Shown here in pieces: positions 1 to 9,161 of a stretch of DNA of 64,000 nt. This DNA is from Planctomycetota bacterium (GTDB taxonomy: Bacteria; Planctomycetota; UBA8108; SXIK01), in contig OZ244999.1 of the NCBI GenBank assembly GCA_965223265.1, forward strand, positions 5,344,001-5,408,000, read 5' to 3'. Made by a program: the position numbers and the translations under genes. Positions within the stretch are counted from its first letter, which is position 1. Every line of letters starts with the position of its first letter. Below the pieces are notes generated by a model. It did not search any database. It was not told the origin of the DNA and worked only from the letters and a program-made list of their open reading frames with translations.

Positions 1-191
1 TCGAGCGAGTCTGCAGCGACGCGAAGATCTTTGATCGCGCCTCGAATGACCTCGACGCCCGCCCTCTCCTGCGCCACCTTTTGACGATCCTCATCGAGCT
101 CGCGGGGTCTTACCCGCTTCGCTTCACGCAGAAACAGAATCTGCGAATCGAAATCCTGAACCCGCAACAACCGTTCAATCGAGCCATGCAT
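1..191 (-). CDS. C4 zinc-ribbon/coiled-coil protein (CT398/HP0958-like), 5' part only; runs off window
   Basis: Manual translation from ATG at 191: MHGSIERLLRVQDFDSQILFLREAKRVRPRELDEDRQKVAQERAG..., matching the L..LQ..D..I..L.....P..L N-terminus of this family; usual position downstream of rpoD; GAGGGGG upstream. Not in the ORF track because there is no stop in the window. Confidence 0.7.
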   Translation of the reverse strand, partial: MHGSIERLLRVQDFDSQILFLREAKRVRPRELDEDRQKVAQERAGVEVIRGAIKDLRVAADSL

Positions 192-374
192 GGCGCTTTC
201 GCACCCCCTCGTAGCGCTTCATCAGCGAAGACAAGCTTACCGCCCCTGGGAACACCTAACAGCTTTCGTCGAAAGAGTCAATTCCTCCGCCTCCGGCTCT
301 GCATCTCGTGCTTCACGCGAAACCATCGCGACGGCCCACCACACCGCCGCGTCCTCGCGGGAACAATCGCCGTC

Positions 375-409
375 AAAGAAAAAAGCCGGCCCCAGGAGGA
401 CCGGCTTTT
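375..409 (-). terminator. Intrinsic terminator after rpoD
   Basis: Minus strand AAAAGCCGG-TCCTCCTGGGG-CCGGCTTTTTTCTTT hairpin plus U tract. Confidence 0.65.
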
Positions 410-612
410 GGTTCCAATCGGACGCGTTCGAGGCGTCCGTTGCGTCGGCGCGACACTGCCGCGCCGTGAGCAAGCCACGTCGATAGGCGGCTTCGCACAG
501 ATTCGCGCGCGACTGCCTTCGACGACGATGTCATCTCGGAAGGCATCTTGCCGCGCCGGTCGCGGGACGACCCCGCGAGTCAGCCTGCTCTCAACATGGC
601 GCGCGCGTTTCA

Positions 613-2235
613 CTAACTCATGGACTCCAGAAAACCCTCCAACAGCCGACTGCGAATCGGATGCTGCAACTTGCGCACGGCCTTCGCCTCGATTTGACGG
701 ACGCGCTCGCGCGTGACGCGGAAGATTTTGCCAACCTCTTCGAGCGTGTACGTGTAACCGTCGCCCAGTCCGTAGCGCAGCTTGATGATCTCACGTTCAC
801 GGTAGGTCAACGTGTTGAGCACGTCCTCAAGCTTCTCTTTGAGCATCTCATGCGCCGCTGCGTTCACCGGCGATTGAGCCGTACGGTCTTCGATGAAGTC
901 CCCGAAAAATCCATCATCCGAGTCGCCGATCGGTCGATCGAGCGAGATCGGATGTTTGGAGATCTTGATGACTTTTCGGGTCTCTTCTTCGGAGATTCCC
1001 AGCTCGTGCGAGATCTCTTTGATCGTGGGTTCACGCCCGTTCTTTTGGATGAGCTTCTTCGTCGCATTGCGGACCTTGCTCATCGTCTCGATCATGTGCA
1101 CCGGAATACGGATCGTGCGAGCTTGATCCGCAATCGACCGCGTGATCGCTTGGCGGATCCACCAGGTGGCATAAGTCGAAAACTTGTATCCGCGCCGATA
1201 CTCGTATTTCTCGACAGCCTTCATGAGACCTGTGTTTCCCTCCTGGATCAGATCCAAGAAGGTGAGTCCACGATTGCGGTATCGCTTTGCGATGCTGACA
1301 ACGAGACGCAAGTTGCCGCCCGACAGCTTTCGCTTCGCCTCTTCGTAATCGTTGTACCACTTGCGAATAGTCTCGATACGACTGCGCAGCTCTTCCCGTG
1401 ACTCGAGCGCTTCCTGCTCGTACTCACATTGCCGAACCTTCGTCTCTTCGATCCGCTCCTTCTCCGCCTTGCGGAGACGGCGACGGCTGCGCTTCCGATT
1501 GAGCTCGATCTTGTCGACCTCATCCTGCAGCGAGTTCATTTTGCGGAAAAGCTGATGCAGCTCCTGACGCAACTGATTGACGACGGGCTTCTTCAGCGTT
1601 AATTCGCTCGTCAGTACGCCCCCCTTGTTGTTGCGACTACGAATCTTTTGTTCGATTTTTTCATCCGGCTTCTTGGCTGTCGCGACAACTCGGAAGTCCG
1701 CGTGATTCGCCTGGTTCAGCTTACGCAACGTCTCGAGGTTGCTCTGGATGAGGTTGAACGCATCTTCTTTGCTGAAGTCCTCGTTGCCTGAGGGCGTCAC
1801 CTTGACCGTTTTGTCAAGCGCCAGCTCACCCCTGAGGACATCGTCGAGAACCTTGATGACCGTAGTCTGCGCGAGTCCGCTGCTATACAGCTGCTTTTGG
1901 TAGCGCTGCCGAGACATCTCGATCTTTTTGGCGAGGAGGAGCTCCTCAGCGCGCGTGAGCAGCGGAATTTCACCCATCTGAGTCAGATACATCCGAACTG
2001 GATCGTCGATCTTTTCCGAGAGAGATTCCCCATCGATGTTCGGATCATCGGAACCGGTCAGCGGATCATCGCGCAGCTCGATACTGTGAGCCTCGAGCGC
2101 GGCGAAAACCTCGTCGATACGCTCCGGAGAGTTACAATCCTCGGGGAAAATCTCGTTGAAACGATCATACGTGATATAGCCATCACGCTTCCCCTCCTCG
2201 ATCAAAACCTTCAGACGGTCTTCCATCTTCTGCAT
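613..2235 (-). CDS. rpoD: RNA polymerase primary sigma factor RpoD
   Basis: Region 1.1, [64 protein letters not shown]; follows dnaG. Confidence 0.98.
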   Translation of the reverse strand: MQKMEDRLKVLIEEGKRDGYITYDRFNEIFPEDCNSPERIDEVFAALEAHSIELRDDPLTGSDDPNIDGESLSEKIDDPVRMYLTQMGEIPLLTRAEELLLAKKIEMSRQRYQKQLYSSGLAQTTVIKVLDDVLRGELALDKTVKVTPSGNEDFSKEDAFNLIQSNLETLRKLNQANHADFRVVATAKKPDEKIEQKIRSRNNKGGVLTSELTLKKPVVNQLRQELHQLFRKMNSLQDEVDKIELNRKRSRRRLRKAEKERIEETKVRQCEYEQEALESREELRSRIETIRKWYNDYEEAKRKLSGGNLRLVVSIAKRYRNRGLTFLDLIQEGNTGLMKAVEKYEYRRGYKFSTYATWWIRQAITRSIADQARTIRIPVHMIETMSKVRNATKKLIQKNGREPTIKEISHELGISEEETRKVIKISKHPISLDRPIGDSDDGFFGDFIEDRTAQSPVNAAAHEMLKEKLEDVLNTLTYREREIIKLRYGLGDGYTYTLEEVGKIFRVTRERVRQIEAKAVRKLQHPIRSRLLEGFLESMS

Positions 2236-2269
2236 TTTGGCGAAAACCTTTCGTCAGCCAGCCTTTGGT

Positions 2270-4144
2270 TTACCTCGGGCTTGCCGTCTTTTTTTGCTCT
2301 CGTAGTCTTTGAAACCGGCGCTGGACGAGCTCGACAAGACGTTGTTGGTCGCCGCTCGAGCGCGCGCTTTCGATATCCCGATTGAGGACCTCGATCTCCC
2401 GACTCGCCGTGTAGCGTTGAATGTCCTTGAGGACACAATCCCAGCGCTCGCTGTAGTCAACTTCCGCGGCCACGCTTGGGGATGTGTCGTCTCGGTCCAG
2501 TCGGCTCAGAATCTGAATCAAAACAGATTGAGTTGGAGCACTCTGAACGCTTCGCAACAAGTCGTCAGGGTCGATGCCACCGTCTGCAAGTTGTCCCTCT
2601 ATCGCCGGGACCAACTCCGCGTAGGCTTCCCCTTGAAGAATCTCCTTTGGCACGTTGTCCCACATCGAGACCGCATTTTGCGGCATTGCCAGAAGACATT
2701 CGAGGACGACTTGCGCGAGCTCGTGCGCTCCCGCTTGCGGTGAATCCTGAGAATCTACAGGTTGATTCGTCACTGCCCGCTGCGCTGCAGCTTGAGTCTG
2801 ACGCGGCGCGTTCATTCTGACCAGGCGGCGAAACCTCTCCGCCACGGTACGCTCGTCGACACCGATCCGCTCAGCGAAATCTCGCAAGAGAAGCTGTCGA
2901 GTGACCTGATTGGGAACCTTGTTCAGGAGTGTCAGACACTCGTCGAGCGCCCTGCCGCGTGCGTTTGCACCCGAACCGCCCTCCCCGTCCGCAGACGCCT
3001 GCTCGAATGACGCCCGCCACTTGAATTCGAAGGCATCGAGCGCCCCGTCAGTCATGCGCGCAGCGAAGCGGGCGCCGCCGCCCGCCGCAATCGCTTCGCA
3101 GGGATCTTCGCCGGACGGTAGAGAAAAAACTTTGAGCTCGAGCTCGTGCGGCACGAGGAGTTCCAGTGAACGAACAGCAGCCTTGGAGCCGGCCGCGTCG
3201 CCGTCGAACACGAGCGTGACGCGTGAGGCGAAGCGACTGAGTTGTTGAGCGTTCTCACTTGTCAGGGCAGTCCCCAGCGTGGCGACGACGTCTGTGAGTC
3301 CGGCCTGATGCGCCATGATGACGTCGGTATACCCTTCAACAAGCGTCAGCCCCTGCCGCTTCTGAATCGTCGCACGCGCCTGCTCTAGGCCGTAGAGGAG
3401 CCTCGACTTGTCGAACAGCCGCGATGCCGGCGAGTTGAGGTACTTGGGCTCGTCACTACCAAGCGTGCGCGCTCCGAATCCAACGGTCCGGCGCTGAGCG
3501 TTGGAGATCGGAAACATCAGACGGCCGCGAAAGTAGTCATAGTGACTGTCGCGGTCCTGGCGACTCCGAATGAGTCCAGCGTGTTCGAGAATCTTCGGAG
3601 CTAACCCGTGACGTTTCGCGGCGCTCACGAAACCCCTTCCATCAGCAGGGGAAAAGCCGAGGTAGAAAGTCTTCCAACTCTCGGGCTCGATCTTGCGTCG
3701 CTCCAGATACTCTCGCGCCGCCGAAGCAACTGGCGACTCGAGAAGTACGCGGTGATAGAAATCGCGAGCGAACTCGAGGGCCTGGTAGAGGTCGACGGTG
3801 CGCACTTCGTCAGCGACCGAACGCGATGCCGGCCGCCGCCTCACGAGCTCGATACCAGCGCGCTCCGCTAAGAGCTCCAGGGCCTGAACAAAATCCACCC
3901 CTTCCATTTTCTGCACAAAGGTGAAGAGGTCTCCGGTCTCTTGGCAGCCGAAGCAGTGATAAAACTGCCGCTCGACGTTGACGTGAAACGAAGGAGTCTT
4001 TTCACCATGAAACGGGCAGAGAGCTTTGAAGTTTCGCCCCGCGGCAATCAAGTGCACGTTGTATTCGCGCAGCACGTCCTCGAGGGGCAAGCGCTCCCGA
4101 ACCTGCTCCTTCTGGTTGTCGAATCCGATGGCAGAACCCATCAT
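2270..4144 (-). CDS. dnaG: DNA primase
   Basis: CPFH..KTPSF / YHCFGC zinc domain, FRGRLMFPI, PKYLNSP, TOPRIM VEGYTD and FDGD. Confidence 0.98.
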   Translation of the reverse strand: MMGSAIGFDNQKEQVRERLPLEDVLREYNVHLIAAGRNFKALCPFHGEKTPSFHVNVERQFYHCFGCQETGDLFTFVQKMEGVDFVQALELLAERAGIELVRRRPASRSVADEVRTVDLYQALEFARDFYHRVLLESPVASAAREYLERRKIEPESWKTFYLGFSPADGRGFVSAAKRHGLAPKILEHAGLIRSRQDRDSHYDYFRGRLMFPISNAQRRTVGFGARTLGSDEPKYLNSPASRLFDKSRLLYGLEQARATIQKRQGLTLVEGYTDVIMAHQAGLTDVVATLGTALTSENAQQLSRFASRVTLVFDGDAAGSKAAVRSLELLVPHELELKVFSLPSGEDPCEAIAAGGGARFAARMTDGALDAFEFKWRASFEQASADGEGGSGANARGRALDECLTLLNKVPNQVTRQLLLRDFAERIGVDERTVAERFRRLVRMNAPRQTQAAAQRAVTNQPVDSQDSPQAGAHELAQVVLECLLAMPQNAVSMWDNVPKEILQGEAYAELVPAIEGQLADGGIDPDDLLRSVQSAPTQSVLIQILSRLDRDDTSPSVAAEVDYSERWDCVLKDIQRYTASREIEVLNRDIESARSSGDQQRLVELVQRRFQRLREQKKTASPR

Positions 4145-4703
4145 GCTAACTAACGCCCGCGTTCAGTTCAGTCGATTTTCTCTCTTACGTCTCGACCCAC
4201 GAACATTCGCCCAGCCAGGCCGTTTGTTGTGTCACCCTGCCGCCGTGAGCTCGGCTGCTCAAAGCTCCGGCATTCACACTCGATCGCTGCTGCAACCCAG
4301 ATGTGGCCATGAGGTCTCGGCCCGTCGTTCGACCCCGACAGATCTTCACTCTCTTCACGCTCCCGTCATGATCTGACACGCTTGCCCCGCAACTGCAATC
4401 GCGGCACGCACCGGCCGGATCGTCCGGTCGTTTCGAACTCGAGAATCTCTTCCCTAACAGTTCGCTCGAAACCTTGCCTCAGACAGCAACAATCCAGCTG
4501 ACAAAACTTCTCAGATGCTCTTCTCAGAACCAGCTCAGACTTCTCAGGTGGTCGTCGGCAGTGATGGCGAACAATTTGACGAAACGACTTGGCATCGATT
4601 CCGACGCACACGACAGCTTTCCGCAGCACGTCGCCCCCCGACAAGAAAACGTGCTCGTGAGCTCGATTCGCGGCTGATGCAAAAGGCGTAAGATCAAACC
4701 ATT

Positions 4704-4732
4704 ATTAAAAATGGAGCGACAGGGGTTGTCAA
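4704..4732 (-). promoter_or_regulatory. Sigma70-type promoter toward dnaG-rpoD
   Basis: Minus strand TTGACA-N17-TTTAAT in a locally AT-rich patch at the end of rsmA. Confidence 0.55.
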
Positions 4733-5655
4733 ATTCCATCCACAGGAAATTCCTCGGCGAGGCGAGCGAAAGCAGCCGACGAAAGCTCCTCGGGACGCTG
4801 CTGGGCGGAGACACCCACGAGCTCGAGTGCTCGCAGAGCGCGGACGTCCCCGAGTTGACGTCGCAGGAGGCCGCCAAGCTGTTTGCGCCGCTGACCAAAG
4901 AGCGTCTTCACCCACCAGGCATAACTGCCATAATCAGTGAGCTTTGTGGCATCGCCTCGGGGCTCGAGGAGAATCGACGCGGAGTCGACCTGAGGCGGCG
5001 GCCAAAACGCCCTCCGGGAGACCGTCCGCACCCGGCGCGCGCTGGCCCAAAAGGCTCGGAGCGCCGTCAAGGGGCCATACTGCCGGGTTCCCGGCTCGGC
5101 GCAGAGTCGGTCTGCCACCTCTGCTTGCACCAAAAGGAGAGCGCGGCGCCACGAAAACCCCCCAGCCAAAACGGCAACAATCAGTGGCGAGGCGATGCTG
5201 TAGGGCAGATTTGAGACCCAGAGAAATCCCTCGGCGCGCCTCAGTAGCGCAGCCACGTCGGGTGCCAGTTCGTCGCGACTCTCCAAGACGTTGGCGCGGA
5301 TCAGACGGACGTTTTTGTGAGCGGCAAGCTCGCCCCGCGCGAACTCATGCGTTCGCTCGTCAACTTCCACGGAGATCACTTCCGCCGCGGTCTCGGCCAA
5401 CACCCTCGTCAGCGTCCCCGCTCCGGTGCCGACCTCAAAGACAACGTCGCTTGCCGTCGTGCCGGCATCGCGAACCATCGCCTCCAGCAGCTGAGGATCG
5501 TGGAGAAAATGCTGATCGCGGCCGGTCTTTGGTTTGAGCCCGGCGTCCAAAAAACGGCGTACAATCCCGGCGGGCACGCCGCGAACATCTGAGCTCGCCG
5601 CAGACCGCCGCCGGTCGGAATGCGCCGGATTCGTTGGCTCACGCCTGGGGGACAT
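4729..5655 (-). CDS. rsmA: 16S rRNA adenine dimethyltransferase RsmA/KsgA
   Basis: QHFL.D, VFEVGTGAGTLT SAM motif, SNLPYSI, Q.EVADRL, F.PPPQVDS, QRRKQL, RPEELS. Confidence 0.93.
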   Translation of the reverse strand: MSPRREPTNPAHSDRRRSAASSDVRGVPAGIVRRFLDAGLKPKTGRDQHFLHDPQLLEAMVRDAGTTASDVVFEVGTGAGTLTRVLAETAAEVISVEVDERTHEFARGELAAHKNVRLIRANVLESRDELAPDVAALLRRAEGFLWVSNLPYSIASPLIVAVLAGGFSWRRALLLVQAEVADRLCAEPGTRQYGPLTALRAFWASARRVRTVSRRAFWPPPQVDSASILLEPRGDATKLTDYGSYAWWVKTLFGQRRKQLGGLLRRQLGDVRALRALELVGVSAQQRPEELSSAAFARLAEEFPVDGI

Positions 5656-5713
5656 TGCACACCTGAGTCGGAGAAGAATCGCCCGTCGCCCATTCGTCGC
5701 GCCGGTTGTCTAT

Positions 5714-5891
5714 CAGCCCGGTGAAAAAGTCATTCGGCCGAAGAAACGGACCTCTTCCCGCCCAGCTCGACCGCATCAATAGTCGCTATCAGAATCGAAA
5801 GAAGAGGGCCCGAAGATTGCCTGCGTTTGCCGCGGCCGATCTACACACGAAGAAACCAGTTTTCGGCTCGAAGCACTTTTCAGGCAGGCTG
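5714..5891 (+). mobile_element. MITE-like non-autonomous element, copy 1 (about 178 bp)
   Basis: Near-identical to 45882-46060; imperfect terminal inverted repeats CAGCCCGGTGAAAA...TTTTCAGGCAGGCTG; intergenic. Confidence 0.8.
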
Positions 5892-6044
5892 CTATGCGCG
5901 CCAGCGGCTCGAGTCGATGGCGTTCGCTCGTAGCAATGGAGCCAAGCGGAAAGAGCCGGGGAGGAAGAGCCAACCGCCTCCGTTTCTACAACCCTATTCG
6001 CAGGATTTCCAGCCGTCGATTGGCGCAATGTTGCGCGGGCCATC

Positions 6045-6081
6045 AAAAAAACCCCTGACGGCCATGACCGTCAGGGGTTCT
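6045..6081 (-). terminator. Intrinsic terminator after the OmpA-family gene
   Basis: Minus strand AACCCCTGACGG-TCATGG-CCGTCAGGGGTTTTTTT. Confidence 0.8.
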
Positions 6082-6211
6082 CGTTCATCTGCAAGTCGAG
6101 TGTTGACCACTCAGCACCCCACAGTCAACGCGTGCGACCGGGGGCTACGCGCACGGTCTTGGCGAACCACATGCCCCAGATCGTGAACTTCAGGATGGTC
6201 AACTCGGTCGG

Positions 6212-6964
6212 TCAGTACTTGGTCGGAATGGAGGCGGCCGCCACCGGCGTAGAGATCACCGGAGCCTGTCCGGTCCGCCGCACCACCACGCGGCGATTCG
6301 CCCGCATGCCATCGACGGTGTGCGCCGTTTCCGCCTGCACGGGCTTGTTGTAGGAAAACGCCGTGATGATCATGCGGTTCTCGCGAATCCCGTGGTTGAG
6401 AAAGTACCTAAAGACAGCTCGCGCGCGGTTATAGGCAAGGTTCATATTGTCCTGCCAGATCTTGCGCGTGCGGTTGAGCTGCTGCGTGTCGGTGTGCCCC
6501 TCGATGAGCACCGTCTCGTTCGGGTACTGCGATTGAAGGAGCGCCACGACGTCGTCGAGGACCCGTGACGCACCCGGTTTCAGGTCGGCACTACCGGGAC
6601 TAAAGAGCAGCGACTCGCCAAGCGCGAGCCCGCCGCCCTCGATCGATGCGTTGTGCGGAATTTCGCTCGGCGTAAAGGATGGACCACCCGCACGCGCCTC
6701 CTCGAGCTGACGCTGCAAGTCCCTGATCTTCGCCAGATACGCGTCGCTGTCGCCAGCTTCGCCGCCGCCGCGGGTCACCAGCATCTGATTGTACTTCTTG
6801 ATCAGATCCTCGTTCGCCTCGCGGGTGCGCTCGAGCTGTTGGGTGAGATCTTTGTACTTCTCGTACGAAACACAACCGACGGCGAACGAACCTGCGAGAA
6901 AAAGGAGCGCAACCCTGGAACACCCGTGCCACCATGCCCTTGAAATGACCAGCTGAGCCGTCAT
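6212..6964 (-). CDS. OmpA/MotB-family peptidoglycan-binding lipoprotein with N-terminal coiled coil
   Basis: Lipobox FAVGC; LF.PGSADL, IEGHTD, N..LAY.RARAV, NRRVVV OmpA C-terminal motifs; start taken as ATG 6964, not the longer ORF. Confidence 0.88.
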   Translation of the reverse strand: MTAQLVISRAWWHGCSRVALLFLAGSFAVGCVSYEKYKDLTQQLERTREANEDLIKKYNQMLVTRGGGEAGDSDAYLAKIRDLQRQLEEARAGGPSFTPSEIPHNASIEGGGLALGESLLFSPGSADLKPGASRVLDDVVALLQSQYPNETVLIEGHTDTQQLNRTRKIWQDNMNLAYNRARAVFRYFLNHGIRENRMIITAFSYNKPVQAETAHTVDGMRANRRVVVRRTGQAPVISTPVAAASIPTKY

Positions 6965-7418
6965 GTAGACTTCCCTCCGTAAACTTCTTCTCTTCCGCCG
7001 GCTGAATCGCCCAACGAAGAAGACCTGCCGACCCATAGACTCCGTGGAACACACGCGCCGACGGCGACTCTCAGCCAGCGGCACTTCCGACGGAATCCCC
7101 GAGGAGACAAAAGTCTCTTCGATCACGCTCCTCTGCTCAGCGGTGCACGTGACTCGACGGTGGTCCGTCCACAACACTCGAGCCTCTACTCACGTGCTTC
7201 TAAACTTCACTTCTGGGAGCAAACGCCTGATGGATCTGCCGTTCCACCGCAGAAAGCCGCGGAAGCTAGATCATCAGCCCGTTCGCAACAGTGACGGAAC
7301 TATAGCGACAGATCAGGTTCCTGTAAAGTGGATTCTTCTCGCCCATGAGACCCCTCAGTCGCGAAGCTGCGCGCGGGCAACCCCGGCCACAGTGACACGC
7401 GCTCAGACGGATCGCGCG

Positions 7419-7466
7419 GAAAAAAACCAAGAGCCGGCGACCCCTTCGGTCCGCCGGCTCCTGGTT
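7419..7466 (-). terminator. Intrinsic terminator
   Basis: Minus strand AACCAGGAGCCGGCGG-ACCGAAGGGG-TCGCCGGCTCTTGGTTTTTTT. Confidence 0.7.
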
Positions 7467-7499
7467 CGAAAACAAATCAGACCATCGATGCCGTCCGTC

Positions 7500-8348
7500 T
7501 CAGAGGAGGTTACGCAGAAAACCCCCGAGGACGTTGACTTTCTCGACCCATGGCGCGTAGTAGCCTCCTTCGACGCTTTCGGAGCCGAAGAAAATAGAGT
7601 ACGCGACGACTGCCAAAGGAACGAGCAAGACGGCGGCGGTGAGAGCCGACAGAACCGTCATGAGCGCCTGGCTCTCCTTACGCTTCATTTGCATCACGCG
7701 GGCGCCACCGCCGCGAAGAAGAGCGCTCTGATCCGAGACGTCCGCCGTCAAATCGTCGATCGAATCCATCTCGAACGTGTCAGTGTCCTCGGCAAACCCG
7801 AGGTCGGTATCGAGCATCGTGTCGTCGGAAAGAAAGTCTTCGGCGCTACTAGCCACCGGCGTCGTCGCCTCGGAGTCCTCCTCGAGCAATCCATCGATGT
7901 TGAGCAGGGTCTCATCGTCGCCCGCCGCCGAAGCGCCGACTGCACTCGTATCCTCTTCGACGATCAGATCATCGCTACTGAGATCGATTTCGGGCAACTC
8001 GTCATCAAAAGAAAGCTCCACCGAATCCGTCTCACCCGCTGGCGCCACTGCTGCGGTCTCCTCAGCGGCCTCGTCGTCACCCGCCAGCGACAGCTCGCCG
8101 TCGTCATCAAGCGCCAGGAGGTCGATCTGGTCGACATCGTCCTCGAGCAGTGAGAGGTCATCATCGGCGAGCAGCATATTCATGCCGCTGGCGTCACGAT
8201 AGTTGTCAATCACATCTTTGGTGAAGTAGAGCTCGCCACCCTCCTTCAGCGCCAGAATGTCGCCATCCTCAACGAGTTTCTTCAACTCGTCCTCCGAGAT
8301 CCCTAGGGCGCGACTGGCGTCGCCCACGCTCATGCGTTCATCACTCAC
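7500..8348 (-). CDS. Excisionase/MerR-like HTH protein with long acidic linker and C-terminal transmembrane helix
   Basis: MSVGDASRALGISEDELKKLVEDGDILALKEGGELYF N-terminal HTH; D/E-rich middle; hydrophobic ALMTVLSALTAAVLLVPLAVVAYSIFF. Confidence 0.8.
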   Translation of the reverse strand: MSDERMSVGDASRALGISEDELKKLVEDGDILALKEGGELYFTKDVIDNYRDASGMNMLLADDDLSLLEDDVDQIDLLALDDDGELSLAGDDEAAEETAAVAPAGETDSVELSFDDELPEIDLSSDDLIVEEDTSAVGASAAGDDETLLNIDGLLEEDSEATTPVASSAEDFLSDDTMLDTDLGFAEDTDTFEMDSIDDLTADVSDQSALLRGGGARVMQMKRKESQALMTVLSALTAAVLLVPLAVVAYSIFFGSESVEGGYYAPWVEKVNVLGGFLRNLL

Positions 8349-8408
8349 GGTGCAGTCCTCATTTCAAGTAGATCTGTGAACACGTTCAGGTGGTGCGCTC
8401 CGCCAGCG

Positions 8409-8735
8409 CTACTTCCTCTTGCCGCCCTTCTTCGACTGGGCCACGGACTGATGCTTCTTGAGTTCCTCGTACTTGAAATCATGTCCGATGAGACGCACCC
8501 CAGCCACCTTGACGCCGCCATTTCCCGTCGTCGAGTACGCTGCCAAGTGCTTGGTGCCCGGGCTCAAGATGAAGGCAATCGCTTGGTTCTGCGTCGCAGC
8601 GGTGTCCATAATGAACTCACCACTGGCGACCTGCCCGTGCGCGGTTTGTGTGGGCGCCGACCAAAGGGCGATCACGTTGACGACGAGAAGAGTGCAGCAG
8701 ACGGAAAGCAGTGCGACGATGAACTTTTCGCGCAT
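8409..8735 (-). CDS. Small exported hypothetical protein
   Basis: Signal-like MREKFIVALLSVCCTLLVVNVIAL; AAAGGA upstream; protein-like composition. Confidence 0.7.
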   Translation of the reverse strand: MREKFIVALLSVCCTLLVVNVIALWSAPTQTAHGQVASGEFIMDTAATQNQAIAFILSPGTKHLAAYSTTGNGGVKVAGVRLIGHDFKYEELKKHQSVAQSKKGGKRK

Positions 8736-9161
8736 CGGAAGTCCTTTCTTGCCGGCGCTCACGACGACGCTGTTAAAAGAAGCGGCAGTCGCCGAAAACG
8801 CCTCTTGCTATTGTTCCCACGTGGGACCGAATTCTCTAATTTCTCGGATTTCTCACGTCACAAGACGGCGAGGTCCGGACAGCCGAGACCGTTTCCGCTT
8901 GAGCTTAAATCTTAGCATAGGGCTATGCCGAACAAAAGAAAACCTCCCGACTGCGGCGGCCGCGACGACGGCCCACGACGACGGGGCCAGCGCCTCGCCC
9001 GCCCCCACGGATGATCACAAAGCATTGGCAGGAACCAAGTTTCGATCTCGACTCGGGAGCGTGTTCGCAGGCGAGCGAAGATTCGGTTCCTGTTCACCCG
9101 GCCACCCCCGAGTCAAAGCCATGCCCGACGCGGCAGCCCCATCCCCTAGCCGCAGCCGCTC

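Noticed and set aside
192-612. Small gene between rpoD and the zinc-ribbon gene
   Set aside because: Candidate ORFs lack an RBS or motifs and span the terminator hairpin
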